The notes beneath the pieces were generated by a model. It saw only the letters and a program-made list of their open reading frames with translations. It was not told the DNA's origin and ran no database searches. A stretch of DNA of 64,000 bases from Candidatus Latescibacterota bacterium (GTDB taxonomy: Bacteria > Latescibacterota > UBA2968), in the NCBI GenBank assembly GCA_965222605.1, contig OZ244960.1:1216001-1280000 (forward strand), read 5' to 3'. Each line of letters begins with the position of its first letter. The first letter of the stretch is position 1. This document shows, piece after piece, positions 51,901-58,990 of this stretch. A program made the translations under genes and the position numbers.

Positions 51901-54900
51901 TCCCATAACTTTCTATATCATCACCCGTATCTGCATCACTCGCCGTCACCGTCACGATATCCGCCGTGCTGTTCTCACTGACTGTGAACGTTGATGCACT
52001 CGAGATGACTGGTGCGACATTGGCCTGTATCACACCTGCAACAGTATCTGACCAATCACTTATCCCTTCATCATTCTCTGCGCGAACCTGCACATCGTAG
52101 CTTGTGTTCTGGTCCAGGCTACTAATCGTGTATTCGAGATTACCACCATTACCACTTGTCCACACCTCCTCAACCTCTGTCCAGTTGGCATCTACATTCT
52201 CATCTGCACTGGTCGGAATGTAGCGTATATCATAACTACTGATCGCAGGTCCCGTGTTCGTCGGGGCTGTCCAGTTCACCTTCAGACTGTTAAACGTTGC
52301 TTCGGCTATCGTCGGGGCAGCAGGCGCAGCAGGTGGTTCAGTCACATCCGTCACCGTTACTGTCAGCGTATCTCTTGCTGTCAACGCTCGGGCATCCTCT
52401 CCGCCTGTGGCCTCAACATACACGATATATTCATTATCACCCGCTCCACTTGCTGGATCACTCACCAAAACATCAGTAGGTGCCTCATAGTTCGGGGAGG
52501 CACTGAAGGTCAACACGCCACTATCTGCCCCAATAGAGAACTGCCCTCCATCTGCACCTGTAGCAATGCCATAACTCTCAATGTCATCACCCGTATCTGC
52601 ATCACTCGCACTGATCGTCACGATATCACCCGTGCTATTCTCTGCCACACTAATCGCATCAATTAACGTAATAACTGGTGCAACATTCTCTGTAGTCATA
52701 CCCTCAACACTGTCCGACCAGCCACTTGTCCCCTCATCACTCTCAGCAAAAATCTGAACATCATACTCTGTATTCTGAGCCAATGGACTGATCGTATATT
52801 CAAGCGCGCCACCAGTACCACTCGTCCAGGCATCTTCTACCTCTGTCCACTTCGTATCATCTGCTTTATCTGTCTCACTGGCACTGCTGAGGATATAACG
52901 CACATCATAGGCACTGATCTCTGGTCCCGTGTTCGTCGGGGCTGTCCAACTCACCGTCAGGCTGTTAAATGTCGCCTCTGCTATCGTCGGTGCTGAAGGC
53001 GTGCCAGGGACTTCTGTCTCATCTGTCACCGTGACGGTAATCGTCTGCGTTACCGTCAACTCACGTGTACCTGTTCCACTCGTCGCCTCAACCACTACGA
53101 TATACTCATTATTGCCCGATGCATTCACAGGATCTGCACTAACAACATCCCCTGGATGCTCAAAGTCCGGCGCAGTCTTGAAAGTCAACGCACCGGTCTG
53201 GTCATCGATCTCAAACTGTGACCCATCTGCGCCACCTGTAATCTCATACCCTGTGATATTGTCGTCCGTATCACTGTCTGCTGCTGTTACAGTGACAACA
53301 TCTGCTGTGCTGTTCTCACTGACTGTGAACGTTGATGCACTCGAGATGACTGGTGCGACATTGGCCTGTATCACACCTGCAACAGTATCTGACCAATCAC
53401 TTATCCCTTCATCATTCTCTGCGCGAACCTGCACATCGTAGCTTGTGTTCTGGTCCAGGCTACTAATCGTGTATTCGAGATTACCACCATTACCACTTGT
53501 CCACACCTCCTCAACCTCTGTCCAGTTGGCATCTACATTCTCATCTGCACTGGTCAGAATGTAGCGTATATCATAAGCACTGATCGCAGGTCCCGTGTTC
53601 GTCGGAGCCGTCCATTCTACCTTCAGACTGTTAAACGTTGCTTCTGCTATCGTCGGTACAGCAGGCGCAGCTGGCGGTTCAGTCACATCCGTCACAGTGA
53701 TGGTAAGCGTATCCCGTACCGTCAACACTCGGGCATTCTCTCCACCTGTCGCTTCAACAATCACGATGTATTCATTATTATCCGCTGCATTGTCATTATC
53801 TGAATTGTTCGCATCAGTAAAAGCCACATCCTCAGGATCCTCATAGTTTGGGGAGGACTTGAACGTCAATACACCGGTCGCTTCACCAAGAGAGAACTGT
53901 GACCTATCTGCACCAGTAACAATGGCATACCCTGTGATACTATCATCTGCATCGGCGTCTGTCGCACTCACTGTGCCAACCGTTGTGGCTGTCGTAATGT
54001 TTTCACTCACGGTGAACGACGATGTGCTTGTAATCACTGGGGCCACATTCACACTCGTCATCCCTTTAACCGTATCTGACCAATCACTTGTCCCTTCATC
54101 ACTCTCAGCAAGAATCTGAACATCATACTCTGTATCCTGAGCCAATGGACTGATCGTGTATTCCAGCGCGCCACCAGTACCACTCGTCCAAGCATCTGTT
54201 ATCACCGTCCAGTTAGCATCATCTGTCTCATCGGCACTCGTCAGGATATACCGCACATCATAAGCACTAATAGCAGGTCCCGTGTTCGTCGGCGCTGTCC
54301 AGTTCACCTTCAAGCTATTAAATGTCGCCTGTGTTATCGTCGGGGCATCGGGTGTGCCGGGAGCCTCTGTATCCACATCCATCACCGTCACTTTGATCGT
54401 ATCCATTGCCGTCAGAACACGCGCACCTGCACCACCCGTCGCAGAGACGATTACGATATATTCATTATTGCCTGCAACATTGTCATTGGCAGAATTGTTC
54501 GAATCGGTAAATTGAACATCCTCAGGAGCCTCATAGTTGGGGGCAGTCTTGAAGGTCAACACGCCAGTAGATGCACCAATAGAGAACTGTGCCCCATCTG
54601 CATCGTCAACAATAGCATAGCCGGTGATATTATCATCCTCATCTGCATCCGTCGCAGTGACTGTCACAATGGCTGTGATGATGTTCTCACTCACGGTGAT
54701 CGGCGCGACAGCAGCGAAGACCGGTCCCTGGTTTTCTACCGTCACCCCTGCAACAGTATCTGACCATGCACCCGTCCCTTCATCACTCTCTGCACGCACT
54801 TGCACATCATAGCTTGTGTTCTGGTCCAGGCTGCCAATCGTGTATTCGAGATTGCCACCATTACCACTTGTCCACGCATCTTCAACCTCTGTCCACTTCG

Positions 54901-57886
54901 TATCATCTGTCTTATCAGAGGCACTGGCACTGGTCAGAATGTAGCGTATATCATAGATAGAGATAGAGGGCCCTGTATTCGTCGGGGCTGTCCAACTCAC
55001 CTTCAGGCTGTTAAATGTGGCTTGTGCTATCGTCGGGGCTGCGGGCTTACCGGGTGCCTCATTGTCCTGATCCGTCACCGTGATCGTCAGCGTATCTCGC
55101 GCTGTCAACGCTCGACTATCCGCACCACCCGTTGCTTCAACGAACACAATGTATTCATTGTTGTCCCCATCATTAGCCGGGTCTGTAACCGCTACATCGG
55201 TAGGTGCTTCATAGTTGGGTGCTACCTTGAAAGTCAACACGCCCGTCGCTTCAACGATGGAGAACTGTGACCCATCTGCACCGGTAATGATCGCATACCC
55301 TGTGATGCCGTCATCCTCATCTGCATCTGTTGCTACTACTGTGCCAACTGTTGTGGCTGTCGTGATGTTCTCCGATACGGTGAACGATGAGACACTTGTA
55401 ATGACTGGCGCCTGGTTCTGTATCGTTGTCCCTGTCACCGATGAAGACCACGCGCTTGTCCCTTCATCACTCTCTGCGCGAACCTGCACATCGTAGCTCG
55501 TGTTCTGGTCCAGGCTACTAATCGTGTATTCGAGATTGCCACCATTACCACTTGTCCACGCATCCTCAACCTCTGTCCAGTTGGCATCTACATTCTCATC
55601 GGCACTGGTCAGGATATAACGCACATCATAACCACTAATATTTGGTCCCGTATTCGTCGGTGCTGTCCAGTCTATCTTCAAGCTGTTCACCGTTGCTTCT
55701 GCTACTGTCGGGGCAGCAGGCGTGCCAGGGACTTCTGTCACATCACTCACCGTCACTGTAAGCGTCTGCGTTGCCGTCAACGCACGATCACCCACACCAC
55801 TCGTCGCTTCTACAATCACGATGTATTCATTATTACCCGCTACATTGGCTGGGTCTGCAACCGCGACATCAGTGGGCGACTCATAGTTCGGGGCTACATT
55901 GAACGTCAGCACACCGGTTGCTTCCACAATAGAGAACGCTGACCCATCTGCAGCGTCAACTATCCCATACCCTGTGATGTCGTCCTCAGCATCATCGTCC
56001 GTCGCACTGACTGTCACAATGGCTGTGATGATGTTCTCACTCACGGTGATCGGCGCGACAGCAGCGAAGACCGGTCCCTGGTTTTCTACCGTCACCCCTG
56101 CAACAGTATCTGACCATGCACCCGTCCCTTCATCATTCTCTGCTCGCACTTGCACATCATAGCTTGTGTTCTGGTCCAGGCTGCCAATCGTGTATTCGAG
56201 ATTGCCACCATTACCACTCGTCCAGGCATCCGCATCCACCGTCCACTTGGCGTCATCTGTCGCATCTGCACTGGTCAGAATATAGCGCACATCATAGGCA
56301 CTAATATCAGGACCCGTGTTCGTCGGCGCACTCCATTCCACCTTCAGACTGTTAAATGTCGCCTCTGCTATCGTCGGTGTAGCTGGCACACCGGGTGCTT
56401 CGCCAGCCACATTACTCACTGTCACCGTAATCGTCTGCGTTGCTGTCAACGCACGATCACCCACACCACTCGTCGCTTCTACCACCACGATATACGCGTT
56501 ATCCGTATCACTATCCCCTGGACGCTCAAAGTCCGGCGCAGTCTTGAAAGTCAACACACCTGTACCTGACACAATCTCGAACTGTGACTCATCTGCGCCA
56601 CCTGTAATCTCATACCCTGTGATATTGTCGTCAGTATCACTGTCTGCTGCGGTCACTGTGACAACATCTGCTGTGCTGTTCTCACTGACTGAAATCGTTG
56701 ACGTACTCGAGATGACTGGTGCGACATTGGCCTGTGTCACACCTGCAACAGTATCTGACCAACCACTGGTCCCCTCATCATTCTCTGCGCGAACCTGCAC
56801 ATCGTAGCTTGTGTTCTGACTCAGGCTACCAATCGTGTATTCCAAAGAACCACTTGTCCACGCATCTTCAACCTCTGTCCAGTTGGCATCTACATTCTCA
56901 TCCGCACTGGTCAGGATATAACGCATATCATAACCACTAATATCTGGTCCCGTGTTCGTCGGGGCTGTCCAGTTCACCTTCAGGCTGTTCACCGTCGCCT
57001 CTGCTATCGTCGGGGCAGCAGGCGTGCCAGGGACTTCTGTCTCATCTGTCACTGTCACTGTAATCGTCTGCGTTGCCGTCAACTCACGTGTACCTGTTCC
57101 ACTCGTCGCCTCAACCACTACGATATACTCATTATTGCCCGATGCATTCACAGGATCTGCACTAACAACATCCCCTGGACGCTCAAAGTCCGGCGCAGTC
57201 TTGAAAGTCAACGCACCGGTCTGGTCATCAATCTCAAACTGAGACTCATCTGCGCCACCTGTAATCTCATACCCTGTGATATTGTCGTCAGTATCACTGT
57301 CTGCTGCTGTTACAGTGACAACATCTGCTGTGCTGTTCTCACTCACTGAAATCGTTGACGTACTCGAGATGACTGGTGCGACATTCGCACTCGTGGTACC
57401 ACTCACGGTATCTGACCAGTCACCCGTCCCTTCATCGCTCTCTGCTCGCACCTGTATATCATACCCTGTATCAGGCTCTAATGAACCAATCACATATTCA
57501 AGATTACCACCAGTACCACTCATCCAGGCATCTTCCACCTCTGTCCAGTTATTGTCATCTGCCTTATCTGTCTCACTGGCACTGCTGAGGATATAACGCA
57601 CATCATAAGCACTGATCGCAGGTCCCGTGTTCGTCGAGGCTGTCCAACTGATCTTTAAACTATTAAATGTCGCCTCTGCTACTGTCGGTGCTGAAGGCGT
57701 GCCAGGGACTTCTGTCTCATCTGTTACTGTCACTGTAAGCGTCTGCGTTGCCGTCAACCCACGATCACCCGTGCCACTCGTCGCTTCTACAATCACGATG
57801 TATTCATTATCACCCGCTCCACTTGCAGGGGCTGTGCTAACAACATCAGTAGGTGCCTCATAGTTCGGGGCTACCTTGAAAGTCAA
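36920..57886 (-). CDS. Giant surface protein, C-terminal part: tandem FN3-cadherin units, two YWTD beta-propellers, GLUG-like region, DUF4955-like beta-helix, Ig-like domain
   Basis: Repeating SW.APTNTGP.I.AYDVRY...SYDVQVRAEN.EG..WS (FN3) and NxAP..SVSEN..ATDAD..LTFK.APNYE (cadherin); IYWxD blades; GGLVG repeats; ILPDFSYSGY, FPPGEF. Confidence 0.92.
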   Translation of the reverse strand: MTFKVAPNYEAPTDVVSTAPASGAGDNEYIVIVEATSGTGDRGLTATQTLTVTVTDETEVPGTPSAPTVAEATFNSLKISWTASTNTGPAISAYDVRYILSSASETDKADDNNWTEVEDAWMSGTGGNLEYVIGSLEPDTGYDIQVRAESDEGTGDWSDTVSGTTSANVAPVISSTSTISVSENSTADVVTVTAADSDTDDNITGYEITGGADESQFEIDDQTGALTFKTAPDFERPGDVVSADPVNASGNNEYIVVVEATSGTGTRELTATQTITVTVTDETEVPGTPAAPTIAEATVNSLKVNWTAPTNTGPDISGYDMRYILTSADENVDANWTEVEDAWTSGSLEYTIGSLSQNTSYDVQVRAENDEGTSGWSDTVAGVTQANVAPVISSTSTISVSENSTADVVTVTAADSDTDDNITGYEITGGADESQFEIVSGTGVLTFKTAPDFERPGDSDTDNAYIVVVEATSGVGDRALTATQTITVTVSNVAGEAPGVPATPTIAEATFNSLKVEWSAPTNTGPDISAYDVRYILTSADATDDAKWTVDADAWTSGNGGNLEYTIGSLDQNTSYDVQVRAENDEGTGAWSDTVAGVTVENQGPVFAAVAPITVSENIITAIVTVSATDDDAEDDITGYGIVDAADGSAFSIVEATGVLTFNVAPNYESPTDVAVADPANVAGNNEYIVIVEATSGVGDRALTATQTLTVTVSDVTEVPGTPAAPTVAEATVNSLKIDWTAPTNTGPNISGYDVRYILTSADENVDANWTEVEDAWTSGNGGNLEYTISSLDQNTSYDVQVRAESDEGTSAWSSSVTGTTIQNQAPVITSVSSFTVSENITTATTVGTVVATDADEDDGITGYAIITGADGSQFSIVEATGVLTFKVAPNYEAPTDVAVTDPANDGDNNEYIVFVEATGGADSRALTARDTLTITVTDQDNEAPGKPAAPTIAQATFNSLKVSWTAPTNTGPSISIYDIRYILTSASASDKTDDTKWTEVEDAWTSGNGGNLEYTIGSLDQNTSYDVQVRAESDEGTGAWSDTVAGVTVENQGPVFAAVAPITVSENIITAIVTVTATDADEDDNITGYAIVDDADGAQFSIGASTGVLTFKTAPNYEAPEDVQFTDSNNSANDNVAGNNEYIVIVSATGGAGARVLTAMDTIKVTVMDVDTEAPGTPDAPTITQATFNSLKVNWTAPTNTGPAISAYDVRYILTSADETDDANWTVITDAWTSGTGGALEYTISPLAQDTEYDVQILAESDEGTSDWSDTVKGMTSVNVAPVITSTSSFTVSENITTATTVGTVSATDADADDSITGYAIVTGADRSQFSLGEATGVLTFKSSPNYEDPEDVAFTDANNSDNDNAADNNEYIVIVEATGGENARVLTVRDTLTITVTDVTEPPAAPAVPTIAEATFNSLKVEWTAPTNTGPAISAYDIRYILTSADENVDANWTEVEEVWTSGNGGNLEYTISSLDQNTSYDVQVRAENDEGISDWSDTVAGVIQANVAPVISSASTFTVSENSTADVVTVTAADSDTDDNITGYEITGGADGSQFEIDDQTGALTFKTAPDFEHPGDVVSADPVNASGNNEYIVVVEATSGTGTRELTVTQTITVTVTDETEVPGTPSAPTIAEATFNSLTVSWTAPTNTGPEISAYDVRYILSSASETDKADDTKWTEVEDAWTSGTGGALEYTISPLAQNTEYDVQIFAESDEGTSGWSDSVEGMTTENVAPVITLIDAISVAENSTGDIVTISASDADTGDDIESYGIATGADGGQFSIGADSGVLTFSASPNYEAPTDVLVSDPASGAGDNEYIVYVEATGGEDARALTARDTLTVTVTDVTEPPAAPAAPTIAEATFNSLKVNWTAPTNTGPAISSYDIRYIPTSADENVDANWTEVEEVWTSGNGGNLEYTISSLDQNTSYDVQVRAENDEGISDWSDTVAGVIQANVAPVISSASTFTVSENSTADIVTVTASDADTGDDIESYGIATGADGEQFSIGASTGVLTFKAVPNYEDPKDVAVTDPENNADNNEYIVFVEATGGENARALTARDTLTITVTDQDDEVPGQPATPTIAEATFNSLKVEWSAPTNTGPDISAYDVRYIFSSASETDKADDSKWTVDADAWTSGNGGNLEYTIGSLDQNTSYDVQVRAENDEGTGAWSDTVAGVTVENQGPVFAAVAPITVSENIITAIVTVSATDDDAEDDITGYGIVDAADGSAFSIVEATGVLTFNVAPNYESPTDVAVADPANVAGNNEYIVIVEATSGVGDRALTATQTLTVTVSDVTEVPGTPAAPTIAEATVNSLKIEWTAPTNTGPDISGYDVRYILTSVDETDDANWTEVEDAWTSGNGGNLEYTISSLDQNTSYDVQVRAESDEGTSAWSSSVTGTTIQNQAPVITSVSSFTVSENITTATTVGTVVATDADEDDGITGYAIITGADGSQFSIVEATGVLTFKVAPNYEAPTDVVSTAPASGAGDNEYIVIVEATSGVGDRELTATQTLTVTVTDETEVPGTPSAPTIAEATFNSLKVVWNAPTNTGPTISAYDVRYILTSASETDDANWTEVEDAWTSGSLEYTIGSLDQNTSYDVQVRAKNDEGTSDWSATKAGMTTQNQAPVFVVVQPQSVNENSTGAIVTVTATDADEDDNITGYAIVDDADGAQFSIGASTGVLTFKTAPNYEAPEDVQFTDSNNSANDNVAGNNEYIVIVSATGGAGARALTAMDTIKVTVMDVDTEAPGTPDAPTIAEATFNSLKVEWSAPTNTGPDISAYDVRYILTSADETDDAKWTVDADAWTSGDGGTLEYTISSLSQNTSYDVQVRAENDEGISGWSDTVAGVTVENQGPVFAAVAPITVSENIITAIVTVSATDDDAEDDITGYGIVDAADGSAFSIMEATGVLTFNVAPNYESPTDVAVTDPANVAGNNEYIVVVSATGGASDRELTATQTLTVTVTDVTEVPGTPSAPTIAEATFNSLKVVWNAPTNTGPAISAYDVRYILTSADETDDANWTEVEDAWTSGSLEYTIGSLDQNTSYDVQVRAENDEGTGAWSDTVSGTTSANQAPVITSASSFTVSENSTADIVMVTASDADTDDDIESYGIATGADGSAFSIGASTGVLTFKVAPNYEDPKDVAVTDPENDADNNEYIVFVEATGGADSRALTARDTLTITVSDVTEAPGQPATPTIAEATFNSLKNSWTAPTNTGPAISAYDIRYILTSADETDDTKWTEVEDAWTSGSLEYTIGSLNQNTSYDVQVRAESDEGTSAWSSSVTGTTIQNQAPVITSVSSFTVSENITTATTVGTVVATDADEDDGITGYAIITGADGSQFSIVEATGVLTFKASPNYEDPKDVAVTDPENDADNNEYIVFVEATGGAGDRELTTTQIITVTVTDVNEAPDQPATPTIAEATFNSLKVEWSAPTNTGPDISAYDVRYILTNADETDDANWTVVEDAWTSGSLEYTIGSLDQNTSYDVQVRAENDEGISGWSDTVAGVTVENQGPVFAAVAPITVSENIITAIVTVSATDDDAEDDITGYGIVDAADGSAFSIVEATGVLTFNVAPNYESPTDVAVADPASGAGDNEYIVIVEAASGAGDRELTATQTLTVTVSDVETEAPGVPATPTIAEATFNSLKVEWTAPENTGPSITAYDVRYILSSASDVDKANDNNWTEVEDAWTSGNGGNLEYTISSLDQNTSYDVQVRAENDEGISGWSDTVAGVTQANVAPVISSTSTISVSENSTADVVTVTAADSDTDDNITGYEITGGADESQFEIDDQTGALTFKTAPDFERPGDSDTDNAYIVIVEATSGVGDRELTATQTITVTVSNVAGEAPGTPATPTIAEATFNSLKVQWSAPTNTGPSITAYDVRYILSSEDENVDANWTVEDDAWTSGDLTYTIENLSSNTSYDVQVRAENAEGTSNWSATKAGMTTQNQAPVFVVVQPQSVNENSTGAIVTVTATDADGDDNITGYAIVTGADGSQFSLGEATGVLTFKSSPNYEDPEDVAFTDANNSDNDNAADNNEYIVIVEATGGENARALTARDTLTITVTDQDNEAPGKPAAPTIAQATFNSLKVSWSAPTNTGPAISSYDIRYIPTSADENVDANWTEVEDAWTSGNGGNLEYTIGSLDQDTSYDVQVRAENDEGTSGWSDTVAGMTQANVAPVITSASSFTLSENSTADIVTVTASDADTGDDIESYGIATGADGEQFSIGASTGVLTFKAVPNYEDPKDVAVTDPENNADNNEYIVFVEATSGEGDRELTATQTLTITVTDVTEPPAAPAAPTIAEATFNSLKISWSAPTNTGPDISAYDVRYILTSASDTDKTDDSNWTEVTDAWTSGSLEYTIGSLSQNTSYDVQVRAENDEGTSDWSATKAGMTTQNQAPVFVVVQPLSVSENITGVIVTVSATDADTDDTITGYEITGGADGSAFSIVEATGVLTFNVAPNYESPTDVAVADPANVAGNNEYIVIVEATSGAGDRALTATQTLTVTVTDETEVPGTPSAPTVAEATFNSLKISWTAPTNTGPAISAYDVRYILSSASETDKADDAKWTVDADAWTGNNGGNLAYTIGSLSQNTSYDIQVRAKNDEGTSSWSSSVAETTKANVVPVFTSVSAISVNENSTGAIVTVTATDVDNDDSIKGYAITGGVDKDQFEIDDQTGVLSFETALDYERPEDVVSTDPANAEKNNKYIVVVEATSGTGDRALTATQTLTVTVSDVNEAPGVPDTPTVAEVTLNSLKVQWSAPTNTGPDISSYDMRYILSSASTSDKADDTKWTEVADAWTSNNGGNLAYTIGSLSQNTGYDIQVRASNDEGTSGWSTSVAGTTKADVAPVFTSVSAISVNENSTSVVTVTATDADSDDTITGYAITGGVDKDQFEIVSNTGVLSFKTALDYERPEDVVSADPANAANNNEYIVIVTATGGAGDRVLTTTQTLTVTVSDVNEAPGKPSVPTIAAVTLNSLKVSWTVPDNTGPAISAYDVRHIPSNASATDKADDTRWTVVTDAWTSGSLEYTISSLAQNKGYDIQVRAENDEGTGAWSDTVEGITTQNSAPSFTSIARFDILENKINVGVVVADDADSEDSVTGYAIVGGADQDHFSIVSGTGALRFKVAPNYELPTDVESIMPVSGVEDNEYIVVVMATSGAGVRTLTATDTIEVVVVDVRHVPEIPNAPIVTETTPSSVTVTWETAKFEFDSQAQGLLAVALDTSEEKIYWADGLSGIWRADFDGSNVEEVIGDRYLLDIALDTSEEKIYWAETSPNRIQRADFDGSNVETIVTSGSMKGIALDIAGGKIYWTDSNANKIRYADLDGSNVEDVITMGLDNPRGIALDILHGEIYWLDVGTDKIRKVDLDGSNVEDVITMGLDNPWGIALDVAGNKIYWSNGGTRKIGRADLDGSNVEDVITMGLDNPRGIALDVAGNKIYWSDGGTRKIGRADLDIDYDVQYSISGANTFADADYMGTDNTMTIVGLDGNTEYDIQVRVVSSEAEGGWSQSGEGMTRERVSPSFNVTSFDVGENNPFVGIVSASNASSYAITGGVDADKFSFFSDIDLLTFKTAPDYEMASDDNMDNSYIVEVTATNNLGDQSLTTEQAITVTVSDVTAPALSELKVTGSTWNSLMMAMAYELSTPLAEPRDLALDLLKNKIYWIDSGGSRIQRADLDGSNIENIITTGLNSPGDIAVDFVRGQIYWTEAGKVRRADLDGSDIEDIVPTGWPTVVANIALDIIGGKIYWTHSEGLNIVNGVRRADLDGSNSEIILDVGFPRDIALDVSGGKIYWTNNHIDRKVRRADLDGSNIEDIVMSNDAGGSGRINADKIALDLFGDKVYWTDRSNRNVIRRADLDGSNVEDFITSELLSSQDIVLDGGRYRIYWTDDVTNTIHWADIADYEVQYRFRRLGVFSNGNYTGKAAYLTLIDLDAATEYDVQVRATNGEGQGEWSELEGATLFDDYDDDDDGLIEVSNLEQLNAIRYDLDGNGAVDDANNANSYDLAFPLAPSGMGCPSICTGYELTKDLDFNDSDSYASGSVNTDWTIKSSDGWEPIGTASDLFTTTFHGNGHTISHLFIQRDSYEAGLFGKSSGEIKNVGLVGVNVTGRQWVGGLVGHMTGKVFVCYVTGQVGGGGVVGGLVGFNEGRIYTSYANVSVDNAENGGGLVGQNDGTLMACYSTGIVNTSRNAGGLVGWNNDTGTVRICYTTCRVWDNRSGRVGGFFGGASDPRSGTTFSDNYWQERNGYRSDGVGDGTAIEIWRKWLSEMRSPTDANPTIYVTWDDEDVDNDGNTDAPWTFGTSDQLPVLKADFNGDESVTWEEFGNQREKEVLAREWAQNHSVSADDISFTWADFMEAKKNKRQPILPDFSYSGYHYFERPVPNVTHQQFAVTDYGAVPNDNMSDQSAIQAAIDAAEANGSGIIFFPPGEFLVSTNTDKEDDGEGNMINKPIYIGKSNIVLRGSGRESGGTVIRQVNHLPPSIPGTLYTNPYMFTFKPSNWPHSYWVKWNETSTELARITEDAARETFWITVANTSQLRVDQWIVLSMRSNTVTNEFFAPYSKRDSWGDVAVTEKHSIAEIRDNRVRLNEPIHTLRIEADHGWTVRDYSPLLEEVGVEDISFHGSWLEDFEHHKNDRHNSGWSLVLFRGCVNSWARRLSFVNVNRALQVKDSAAISVYQVTTAGNDAHYSMRSVGNYGIWFGLVEDLADHIHGINVMSSTTGDVYWRADQSRDQPIDCHASRPYANLYDRINRGKLDGSGGAEKDMPNHYRHLVIWNFTHDVSSEKYYNFWPSSGSYGYYVKPIIVGFHGDSASFRESTLEVLESNGSAVKPESLFEAQLELRLGNVPAWLDNLKSEWQTLKGTWLLSVPTVLSKNSIDRVLLHVRSPFPGFSSEATVDMSDYFEVKYNKRIDAYSATSSDEDVATVRVRGSNVTIQATSEVPPDLVIQPFIKECQIIVTATSTDGTTATQTIPVRVWWWTR

Positions 57887-58990
57887 CGCACCGGTCTGGT
57901 CTCAAACTGAGACTCATCTGCGCCACCTGTAATCTCATACCCTGTGATATTGTCGTCAGTATCACTGTCTGCTGCTGTTACAGTGACAACATCTGCTGTG
58001 CTGTTCTCACTCACTGAAATCGTTGACGTACTCGAGATGACTGGTGCGACATTGGCCTGTGTCACACCTACAACAGTATCTGACCATCCACTGGTCCCCT
58101 CATCATTCTCTGCGCGAACCTGCACATCGTAGCTTGTGTTCTGACTCAGGCTACCAATCGTGTATTCCAAAGAACCACTTGTCCACGCATCTTCAACCTC
58201 TGTCCAGTTGGCATCTACATTCTCATCCGCACTGGTCAGGATATAACGCACATCATAAGCACTAATATTTGGTCCTGTGTTTGTCGGTGCTGTCCAGTCT
58301 ATCTTCAAGCTGTTCACCGTTGCTTCTGCTATCGTCGGTGTAGCAGGCGTGCCAGGGACTTCTGTCTCATCTGTCACTGTCACTGTAAGCGTCTGCGTTG
58401 CCGTCAACTCACGATCACCCACACCACTCGTCGCTTCTACCACCACGATGTATTCATTGTTATTGGCTGCATTGGCAGGGTCTGTAACCTCAACATCTGC
58501 AGGTGCCTCATAGTTGGGTGCCACCTTGAAAGTCAACACACCCGTTTGATCACCAATCTCGAACTGTGACCCATCTGCATCATTAACAATGCCATAACCC
58601 TCTATGCTGTCATCACTATCACCGTCTGTCGCTGTGACTGTACCAATGTCCCCTGTGCTGTTCTCACTGACTGAGATCGCCGATACATTCGTGAACACAG
58701 GTGCCTGATTCTGCTGCGTCGTCCCCATAACCGATGAAGACCACACACCTGTCCCCTCGTCATTCTTCGCTCGCACCTGTATCTCATAACCCGTGTTCTG
58801 CTCCAGGCCCGTGATCGTGGCACTCAAACCCGTGCCATCGTGAGGCCAAGAAGTGAAGTCACCACTGTTGCCGACCCGATACTGCACATCGTAAGCTGTG
58901 ATCGCAGGTCCCGTATTCGTCGGCGCTGTCCAACTTATGGTCAAGCTATTTAGCGTTGAGGCTGATACTGTCGGTACTGCTGGCTGACCC
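42340..58990 (-). repeat. Array of ~25 coding tandem repeats of ~640-690 bp (FN3 + cadherin)
   Basis: The TNTGP-type FN3 motif recurs about every 667 bp from ~58910 to ~42905; several long blocks are near-identical at DNA level. Confidence 0.92.

Noticed and set aside
42340-58990. Long repeat array as a CRISPR or DGR locus
   Set aside because: Units are ~667-bp in-frame protein repeats; there are no short repeats with unique spacers, and no cas or reverse transcriptase gene.
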